DNA of 62,577 nucleotides, taken from the NCBI GenBank assembly GCA_030612665.1, contig JAUWNL010000001.1:1-62577 (forward strand), read 5' to 3'. The notes beneath the pieces were generated by a model that ran no database searches, had not been told where the DNA came from, and saw only the letters and a list, made by a program, of their open reading frames with translations. This DNA is from an archaeon (lineage in GTDB: Archaea; Nanobdellota; Nanobdellia; Pacearchaeales; UBA284). This document shows, piece after piece, positions 9,253 through 16,383 of this stretch (position 1 is the stretch's first letter; each line of letters opens with the position of its first letter). The translations under genes were made by a program, and so were the position numbers.

Positions 9253-10461
9253 ATGGTGCGAGAATATAAAGCACCTGAAGGATGTATTGTTACTACTAAA
9301 ATTATAAGAAAAATATTAGAAACAGGAAAAACAGACGAAAGTGAAAGCAGGATAAAAAATAAAATTAATAGAATAACCAAAACGAGGAATTACTTAAAAA
9401 AGTCTAATAAAAATAACATGTATACATTTATTAGAGAGAAATATGAGAATACTGTAATTAGCCTCTATTTCAAAGATCTAAAAAAACAAATGAAAAATGA
9501 GAGAAAAATAAAAAATTCTGGATTCAGTTTTTATAGTCCTTTTTTTAGGCCAGAAAGATTAAGAAGAGAGAAAAAATTAAGTTATAATCCTCTCATAAAT
9601 GTTAAAATAAAAGTATCAAAACCATTAAAAAAAGAAGAAGAAATTGCACTTTTTCAAGAACTTGGATGGCATGAATATGTTATTAAACATAATAAAAAAA
9701 TCCTTAAAGAAGTACTAGACAATGGCTGTCATCCTACAAAAATAAAATATCTAGAGCAAGTAATTTCAAAACATGAAGAAGAAAAAATAGCAGTAAAAGA
9801 AGAGATTTTTTCCTCTTTTAATCTTTTAATTATAAACAAATTAAAAAAATTTGGAATGAAACATCCAGAAGAAATAGGTAATTTATATGATCTCTATATA
9901 GCAATTTATTATGATTTTGATAAACAAATTGGGAATTTTAAGGAAGGCAGTTCAAATGCCAAATTTACTACATGGTATGAATATCACATCATGCACCAAA
10001 TAAAAAAATGGCCTTGGAAAAATAACATAATCCAAATGTCTCCTCCTTGTAAAAGGAATGCAGAAGAAACAGTAAATATGAAACTAAATGCAAGAAATCT
10101 TTTCTCAATAGATTTTCTTGTAAGTGGAGAAAAAATAAATGAAGGTGAAACCCCTGCAGGAGAAATTATGAAAGCAAAACCAGAGTATTTAAAAGATAAT
10201 TTTGTAAGAGAAATTAATTTAAAAATAACAAACAAAAAAATAAATGATATTCTTGAAAAAAAATTAACTCCACGAGAAGCAAAAATTTTGAAAATACGTT
10301 ATAGTGAACCTTCCCTAGTAAAATTCGGGGAAATTGGAAAAATAGATAAAATAACAAAACAAAGAATTCAACAAATAGAAGCAAGGGCATTAGAAAAGTT
10401 AAGAAAAAATCCAGAAATAAGGAAACTCAATGGAATGGTTAATGATTCTTATAGAAAGTAA
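9253..10461 (+). CDS. Sigma-70 family-like protein (regions 1.2, 2 and 4 recognisable)
   Basis: Region 4: LTPREAKILKIRYS...FGEIGKIDKITKQRIQQIEARALEKLRK. Region 2: FNLLIINKLKKFG...LYDLYIAIYYDFDKQIGNF...AKFTTWYEYHIMHQIKKW. Region 1.2/2.1: YFKDLKK ... PLKKEEEIALFQEL. Confidence 0.75.
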   Translation: MVREYKAPEGCIVTTKIIRKILETGKTDESESRIKNKINRITKTRNYLKKSNKNNMYTFIREKYENTVISLYFKDLKKQMKNERKIKNSGFSFYSPFFRPERLRREKKLSYNPLINVKIKVSKPLKKEEEIALFQELGWHEYVIKHNKKILKEVLDNGCHPTKIKYLEQVISKHEEEKIAVKEEIFSSFNLLIINKLKKFGMKHPEEIGNLYDLYIAIYYDFDKQIGNFKEGSSNAKFTTWYEYHIMHQIKKWPWKNNIIQMSPPCKRNAEETVNMKLNARNLFSIDFLVSGEKINEGETPAGEIMKAKPEYLKDNFVREINLKITNKKINDILEKKLTPREAKILKIRYSEPSLVKFGEIGKIDKITKQRIQQIEARALEKLRKNPEIRKLNGMVNDSYRK

Positions 10462-10484
10462 TTATAAAAAAATTGTAAAAAGAA

Positions 10485-10739
10485 TTATAAAAAATCCGAA
10501 TGACCAAATTGGACAAGCAAATCAACCTTAATCATTTTTAATTCTGGAATATCACAAGCCCCATAACAACTATCAATCCAAATAAAACATTTTGCATTAC
10601 TCTGAGATTCAATTTCATCAACAATCTCCAATGCCTTAGGTTTAAGTCCTTCAGGTAATTGAACCAAAACACTCGATGCTTTTTGTTTCTTGATTTCTCT
10701 GATTACCCGATTTAATTCTAAATCATATATCTCTTCCAT
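10485..10739 (-). pseudogene. dph2: N-terminal ~84-aa fragment of Dph2 (2-(3-amino-3-carboxypropyl)histidine synthase); remaining ~250 aa absent
   Basis: SSVLVQLPEGLKPKALEIVDEIE...CYGACDI...VDLLVQFGHS matches the Dph2 N-terminal domain. The ORF stops right after GHS, and the next 24 nt run into the 3' end of the convergent sigma-like gene. Confidence 0.7.
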
Positions 10740-10740
10740 T

Positions 10741-11256
10741 TTAAATAAGTATTAATTCATATATAAATAATTTTTCAAAGAACATTTTTTGTTCATCAAT
10801 TTTATTAAATTTATATTCATATTTCATGAATAATTCTTCAATATTTTCATTAAGACTATTGCATAATAAAAGGATTTTCCCTTTTTCTTTTAAATATCTC
10901 TTAGCATGATACAAAAATCTTGCTATGACTTCAGTTCCTTTAGCGCCACCATCAAGCTCCTTATTTTTTATTTTTTTGCTGGGAAGATAAGGAGGATTAA
11001 AAAGAATAAGATTAAATTTCCCATTGATATCAGAAAAAAGATTAGAATGAATAAACTGAATCTCCCTGTTTTTATTTTCTCTGCTTAATTTTTCAATTAA
11101 TTCCTTGTTTATATCACAAGCCACAACTTCTCTTGAATATTTTGCTGCTTCTTGTGCGAGAATTCCAGAGCCTGTTCCTATTTCAAGGACATTTCCACTA
11201 GCATAACTTTTTATATGTTTCAACAAAAGAAAAGAATCTTCTCGCGGTTCATACAT
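10741..11256 (-). CDS. HemK/Mtq2-like SAM-dependent methyltransferase (release-factor glutamine N5-methyltransferase family)
   Basis: SAM-binding VLEIGTGSGILA, acidic ACDIN, and catalytic NPPY (LILFNPPYLPS). Confidence 0.8.
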   Translation of the reverse strand: MYEPREDSFLLLKHIKSYASGNVLEIGTGSGILAQEAAKYSREVVACDINKELIEKLSRENKNREIQFIHSNLFSDINGKFNLILFNPPYLPSKKIKNKELDGGAKGTEVIARFLYHAKRYLKEKGKILLLCNSLNENIEELFMKYEYKFNKIDEQKMFFEKLFIYELILI

Positions 11257-11290
11257 CTTTAATTTTTATTTATTAATCTTTATTCTATTT

Positions 11291-11719
11291 TTATTTAATA
11301 ATAATTTGGATTATTCCAAAATACTTTTCGAGAATATTCTTAAGATTATTAATTCTTGTTCTATTTCTGCCTATAATAAGAGCCCTAGCTTGGGGGCCAG
11401 CCTGTATTGTCACTTTATTTGTCTCAATAATAATTCTTTTGAATTTAACAGGATAGATGAGGGTTTCTATAAAATGTGCTATATCAGCGGGAACAGAGGG
11501 GATTGCAACAACTCTAACTTTGTGATTCATTATTCTTGATAGTTTATTAACATTTATTCCTTTTTCCCCAATTGCCTTTGACACTAAATAACCAGGAACT
11601 GCGAAGATAATAGAGTTATTAAATTCAAAACAATATCTTGTTTTAATTCTAGTAATCCTTTCAAAAAGATTAAGATACTGAATTGCTCTCATGTTTATCT
11701 TTGATCTCAAGATTTTCAT
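11291..11719 (-). CDS. nusA: Archaeal NusA-like protein (two KH domains)
   Basis: KH GxxG motifs (KAIGEKGINVNKL; LIIGRNRTRINNL). The position after rpoA and rpl30e is the canonical archaeal one. Confidence 0.85.
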   Translation of the reverse strand: MKILRSKINMRAIQYLNLFERITRIKTRYCFEFNNSIIFAVPGYLVSKAIGEKGINVNKLSRIMNHKVRVVAIPSVPADIAHFIETLIYPVKFKRIIIETNKVTIQAGPQARALIIGRNRTRINNLKNILEKYFGIIQIIIK

Positions 11720-11904
11720 TTTTTTAGATAAATATTATATTTATATTCTTCTCCTGTTGGGATTATACACAAAACAAATGATTTTCTTTGGTTTTTATAT
11801 TTCTTTATTCTGTTGATTATTTGACTATAATCTTTTACAGGACCCCCTTCATGGTCATAAAAATCCAGTTTTTCTAAAAGCTTGGTAAGTTTTAGTTTTG
11901 GCAT
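11716..11904 (-). CDS. Small (62 aa) conserved hypothetical protein wedged between rpl30e and nusA; paralogue of 50837..51073
   Basis: I trimmed the 130-aa ORF to MPKLKLTKLLEKLDFYDHEGGPVKDYSQIINRIKKYK.... Its ATG lies 1 nt after the rpl30e stop and its stop overlaps the nusA ATG. It is similar to LLEKIGYHPDRGEPVKNLERVSEKIKSY in the ORF next to rpoL. Confidence 0.5.
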   Translation of the reverse strand: MPKLKLTKLLEKLDFYDHEGGPVKDYSQIINRIKKYKNQRKSFVLCIIPTGEEYKYNIYLKK

Positions 11905-11905
11905 T

Positions 11906-12364
11906 TTATTTTTTCTTTTCTTCCTTCTTTTCTTTTTTCTTCTTATCTTTTTTCTTTTTTTCCTTTTTTTCCTTTTTTTCTTTTTTGTCTTTCTTGTTTT
12001 TTGTTTTTTGTTTTTTGTTTTTCTCTGGTTTCTTTTTCTCCTCTTTTTCTTTTTCTTTTGTCTCTTCTTCTTTCTTTTCTTCTTCTCTTTTTGGTTTTTG
12101 TTTTCCAAGGATACTCAAGATAGAAATATTAAAAGGTTTTTTACAGATATCTTTTAATTCTTCTTTTGAAAATTCAAGAAAAATAAGGTCTATTTTTTGT
12201 TTTTTAGCTAGAGTATTTATTCTTTTTTTTATTTCTTCAGGACAATCTTCAGCAACATAAATTTTCTCGATGATATCTTTTTTCTTAAAAGCAATTTTTG
12301 TACCGAAAATCGCTTCCTTAGTCTTCAATTCTTTCTTCAATCGTAAAGTTATATTTATAACCAT
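11906..12364 (-). CDS. rpl30e: Ribosomal protein L30e with ~70-aa K/E-rich C-terminal tail
   Basis: Core IFGTKIAFKK...VAEDCPEEIKKRINTLAKKQKIDLIFLEFSKEELKDICKKPFNISILSIL fits L30e. The operon position is canonical. The tail is KREEEKKEEETKEKEKEEKKK.... Confidence 0.8.
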   Translation of the reverse strand: MVINITLRLKKELKTKEAIFGTKIAFKKKDIIEKIYVAEDCPEEIKKRINTLAKKQKIDLIFLEFSKEELKDICKKPFNISILSILGKQKPKREEEKKEEETKEKEKEEKKKPEKNKKQKTKNKKDKKEKKEKKEKKKKDKKKKEKKEEKKK

Positions 12365-12393
12365 CTTATCTTATAATCCCATGATTCTAGTTT

Positions 12394-15300
12394 TTATTTC
12401 TTTGCTTTTGTTGTTTTGGTGGTTTTTGATGTTTTTGCAGGTTTTACAATTTTTGCAGGTTTTGCTTTTTTTTCTTTTTGTTTTCCTTCCTGTTTCTTCT
12501 CTTTTTTTCTTGCTAAGGCCAATGCATCTTGTGCGCTTATCTTAACAAGTAATCCTGGAAGTCCGGTCCCTACTGGAATTGGTTGATTCAACATTACATT
12601 TTCTACAACACTTACAAGATGGTCTGTTGATCCTTTCAAAGAGGCATTTATAAAATGTTTAATTGGAGTTTCAAAACTTGCCCTTGCGAGTATAGAAGAT
12701 TTGTCACGGATAATTCCTACTCTTGTAACCCCCCTGATTATTCCTCCCGAAGTCATGGCATCTGCTACGAGTTTGATATGTTTGTCATCAACATCTAATC
12801 CTTGTTGGGTTATAACTTTAGAAATCTCATTTACAATTGCTTGTCTTGCAGATTCTATTCCAAGAACTTTAGCGATTTCATGAATATCATTTGAAGTAGT
12901 TCTGTGTTTGTCTATTCCCTTTATTTCAAAAATCTCTTCAAGATTAGATCCCCCTGTTAGAATAACATATTTATTTTCTCTCTTCACAAGAAGAATTTGT
13001 TTTATTCCTTTAACTCCACTAACAATTGTATTTTTCAATTTTTCTTTAAGTTTAAACAATTGTTTGAAATCTTGAAAATCTTCTTTTTTAGCCCGAATCA
13101 TTAATCCTTTTTCATTTTTTCTTATCTTAAATAATTTTGATTCCTTAGCCTCAAAGGCTTTGATTATTCTTTCAGGTGTAAGATGAAGATTCCTTAACAT
13201 CTCATTATCTAATAGCACCTGTATTTTTTTATCAAGGAAATTAAGATTAATTTCAGAGGCAACATCAATAAGCTTTATCTCTTTAATTCTTGCAGCCATC
13301 CTCTTTGCATCTTTTTCATTATCATAATCTCTTTCAAGGTAAATTTCCATTGCAGGAGTACTGGGTTTCTTTCTAGCATCAAAGATTTCAATCAGTCTAG
13401 GCAATCCAACAGTAATCTGCATCTCTGAAACACCAGCAAAGTGGAAAACATTAAGGGTCATCTGTGTCGATGGTTCTCCAAAACTTTGAGCAGTGATTAC
13501 CCCAATTGCTTCTCCAGGAGTAATTTTATTGTCAGGAAGGTGTTTCTTAGAAACATCTATTCCATCATCACCATATTTAAACTGAATCAACCTCGAGTTT
13601 GCATCTCTGACTGTACCATCATATTCTATACGGAGATCCTGAAGAGCATTAACAAGTCTTCTATAAAGATAACCAGATTTAGGAGTTCTTAATGCAGTAT
13701 CCATTAAACTATCACGTCCTGTTATCGCACTAAAGAAAAATTCATCAGGATCAAGTCCAGAAAGATAACTTGAAGTTATAAATCCATGAGCTCTGGGGGA
13801 TAGGTCTTTTTCTTTAAAAAATGAGAGAGTTCTGTTATTATAACCTAAATCAATTCTCTTGGCCCATAAAGTTTGTTGACCCACAAGGCAAGACATCTGT
13901 GTGATATTTATCATATTTCCATGAGAACCAGATAAAATCATAGTATAAGCAGGATTAGTTAATGACATCCCTTGTTTTAAGCTCCCATTTAGAAGATCCC
14001 CAACTTTTCCTCTAACTGCATTAAGGGATTGAAGACTTTTAACTTCACGTGTTTCCTCAAGGGTTTTTCCAGGAATTATATTAAGGGAACCATCATAATA
14101 AGATTGGATTATATTTTTAACCTTTTTCTCAGCATCGTTCACAATTTTATCTTTTTCTTTAATGAGTTCTTTACTTGTTTGAATATCTTTAATCGAAATA
14201 GTGAAACCTTTACGAGTTAGATAATTAATCCCCAATAAAAATATTTTTCTTAAGAATTCTATTGTTTTCTCTCTTCCAATTACAGAATCAAGATGCCTGA
14301 TTAGAGTACTCTGTTCAACCCCTACAAGATTATTATCAACAACTCCTGAAATCATTTTTCCATTCTTGATAGAAATATAACTATTATATGGACAATTTTC
14401 TTTTTTACATTTATTATAATGAGGACACTCCTTTCCTTTACAAGATCTCGATTTTGCCTCAAAATTAGTTTTGGGAAGGCAAACTGAAAAAATTTCTTTT
14501 CCGTCGACAATATTTCTAAAACTATTGCTACTCTTTGAAATTTCTCCTGAAGTTAGACCACTTGTAGCAAGAAGTTGAACTGCTTCTTCTTTTGGAAATT
14601 TATCTTGAGTCAATAAGTAGAGTCCAGTTGTTGCATCATCTATACAACCAAAAACATTTGTATTATTCTTTGGGGAGATGAGTTGTTTCTGAGAGTCCAT
14701 CAAAACTTTAGCTTCAGCTCTGGCTTCTTCTGTCTGTGGAACATGAACATTCATTTCATCACCATCAAAATCCGCATTATAAGGGAAAGTAGTTATTGGA
14801 TGAATTCTAAAAGTCCTGTCTGGAAGAACCTTGACAAAATGAGCCATTAAACTCATCCTATGCAAAGAAGGATGTCTATTAAATAATACAACATCTCCAT
14901 CTTGTAAATGTTTTTCAACAATATAACCTGGAACAATCTCTTCATAAATCTGTTCTCTAAGCTCATCTGTAATTCTTTTTTTCTTTCCATCTGGGCGGAT
15001 GATTCCAGTTGCAGCAGGATATTCTTTTCTCTTTATTAATCCTTTAAGGTAATCAATATTATCAAGAGTTACTCGCTCAGGAATTGTTAAAACTTTGGCA
15101 ATTGCATAAGGCACCCCAACTTCATTTATCTTCATAAAAGGTTCTGGGGAAATAACTGTTCTTGAACTGAAATTTACACGTTTACCAGCCAAGTTATGCC
15201 TGATTCTACCCTGTTTACCTTTAATTCTCTCGGTGATAGTTTTTAATGGCTGTCCACTTCTATGTCTAGCAGGAGGAACATGACTTATTGAATTATTAAA

Positions 15301-16059
15301 GAAAGTAGTTATATGATATTGGAGCAAGTCCCAGAGATCTTCTATAATAACTTCAGGAGCTCCGGCATTTAAATTCTCCCACAGCCTTTGATTTGCCCTG
15401 ACAATGTCCCCAAGTTTATGAGTCAAGTCATCTTCACTTCTTTCCCCTGTTTCAAGTGTAATGCTTGGTCTGACAGTTACAGGAGGAACTAATACAAGAG
15501 TAAGTACTGCCCACTCTGGTCTAAATGTTTTTGGATTTATTCCAAACAATGAAAGATCTTTGTCAGATACTTTCACTAGCTTCGCACGAATTTCACTAGG
15601 GAAAATCCTTGATTTACCTTGATAAAAAGTACTTGGTTTCTCGAGTTTAATTTTATCCTGCTTTGTGCCACAATATGGGCATTTCTTCGCAGTCTTTGCT
15701 TTGAGAATTCTTTTAAGACCAATATCTTTTTCATCAAGAAGAATCCTAGCACATTCTTGGCAAGTTGATCGAAGAATTAATTCAATAATTGAAGCAAAGT
15801 TAACATGGATAACTGGTCTAGCTAATTCAATAAAACCAAAATGTCCAAAACATTCTTTGAGTTTTCCCCCGCAGGTTCTGCATCTTACCCCAGGGTCTAT
15901 TGCCCCTAAACGAAGATCCATCAAACCTCCGTCAACAGGATAACCATCCATATCATAAAGTTCTGGAGTAACAATTTTAGCTACCCCCATTTTCTTAATC
16001 TGTTCAGGAGAAAAAATACTAAACTTAATTGCCTTGACTTGTTTTGTTATTGGCTCCAT
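12394..16059 (-). CDS. rpoA: DNA-directed RNA polymerase subunit A, with A' and A'' parts fused in one 1221-aa ORF
   Basis: Zinc motif CRTCGGKLKECFGHFG and catalytic YNADFDGDEMNVH mark the A' part. The trigger-loop GEAIGVITAQSFGEPSTQMTLNVFHFAG marks the A'' part. Both lie in one frame with no stop. The C-terminus has a K/T/A-rich tail. Confidence 0.95.
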   Translation of the reverse strand: MEPITKQVKAIKFSIFSPEQIKKMGVAKIVTPELYDMDGYPVDGGLMDLRLGAIDPGVRCRTCGGKLKECFGHFGFIELARPVIHVNFASIIELILRSTCQECARILLDEKDIGLKRILKAKTAKKCPYCGTKQDKIKLEKPSTFYQGKSRIFPSEIRAKLVKVSDKDLSLFGINPKTFRPEWAVLTLVLVPPVTVRPSITLETGERSEDDLTHKLGDIVRANQRLWENLNAGAPEVIIEDLWDLLQYHITTFFNNSISHVPPARHRSGQPLKTITERIKGKQGRIRHNLAGKRVNFSSRTVISPEPFMKINEVGVPYAIAKVLTIPERVTLDNIDYLKGLIKRKEYPAATGIIRPDGKKKRITDELREQIYEEIVPGYIVEKHLQDGDVVLFNRHPSLHRMSLMAHFVKVLPDRTFRIHPITTFPYNADFDGDEMNVHVPQTEEARAEAKVLMDSQKQLISPKNNTNVFGCIDDATTGLYLLTQDKFPKEEAVQLLATSGLTSGEISKSSNSFRNIVDGKEIFSVCLPKTNFEAKSRSCKGKECPHYNKCKKENCPYNSYISIKNGKMISGVVDNNLVGVEQSTLIRHLDSVIGREKTIEFLRKIFLLGINYLTRKGFTISIKDIQTSKELIKEKDKIVNDAEKKVKNIIQSYYDGSLNIIPGKTLEETREVKSLQSLNAVRGKVGDLLNGSLKQGMSLTNPAYTMILSGSHGNMINITQMSCLVGQQTLWAKRIDLGYNNRTLSFFKEKDLSPRAHGFITSSYLSGLDPDEFFFSAITGRDSLMDTALRTPKSGYLYRRLVNALQDLRIEYDGTVRDANSRLIQFKYGDDGIDVSKKHLPDNKITPGEAIGVITAQSFGEPSTQMTLNVFHFAGVSEMQITVGLPRLIEIFDARKKPSTPAMEIYLERDYDNEKDAKRMAARIKEIKLIDVASEINLNFLDKKIQVLLDNEMLRNLHLTPERIIKAFEAKESKLFKIRKNEKGLMIRAKKEDFQDFKQLFKLKEKLKNTIVSGVKGIKQILLVKRENKYVILTGGSNLEEIFEIKGIDKHRTTSNDIHEIAKVLGIESARQAIVNEISKVITQQGLDVDDKHIKLVADAMTSGGIIRGVTRVGIIRDKSSILARASFETPIKHFINASLKGSTDHLVSVVENVMLNQPIPVGTGLPGLLVKISAQDALALARKKEKKQEGKQKEKKAKPAKIVKPAKTSKTTKTTKAKK

Positions 16060-16113
16060 TTTTCGTTTTTATTTTTTCTTTCTTTATTTTTTGCTTTTTT
16101 ACTTTTATTTTTT

Positions 16114-16368
16114 TTATTTTTTATACTCCCTTACATAAACTTTTTTTGCTAAACAACGAGGAATTTTAATTTCTCTATCATTATTTTTTATAACTATCGA
16201 CTTCCCAGAGGAATTTGATATAACCTTCATCTTTCTTTCACTTTCATAATTTTTAAATCTGTTAATAAAATCTATCACTGAATCATAAGTCCCAAAACGT
16301 TTAACTTTGAAATTTTTACCTACACTAAGTTGGTTTAATGTCTTTATTTTTTTATCAATAGTTTTCAT
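16114..16368 (-). CDS. Small basic protein (84 aa) between rpoB and rpoA, FeoA/SH3-like pattern
   Basis: LNQLSVGKNFKVKRFG ... GKSIVIKNNDREIKIPRCLAKKVYV resembles the FeoA/DtxR-C SH3-like pattern. It is on the same strand as, and tightly spaced with, both RNAP genes. Confidence 0.5.
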   Translation of the reverse strand: MKTIDKKIKTLNQLSVGKNFKVKRFGTYDSVIDFINRFKNYESERKMKVISNSSGKSIVIKNNDREIKIPRCLAKKVYVREYKK

Positions 16369-16383
16369 TTTGTATTTCCATTT

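Noticed and set aside
4141-10484. The whole 4.1-10.5 kb segment as an integrated provirus or genomic island
   Set aside because: I see no integrase, capsid or terminase gene, no flanking direct repeats and no tRNA attachment site. The segment contains the housekeeping Rpp30 gene. Only the local event at the dph2/sigma junction and the unknown operon are flagged separately.
11716-12260. Track ORFs 11716..12108 (130 aa, poly-K/R N-terminus), 11882..12157 and 11898..12260 (poly-F/L/S)
   Set aside because: All of them arise from reading the AG/CT-only tract of the L30e tail in other frames or on the other strand. Only the last 62 codons of the first ORF look like a real gene.
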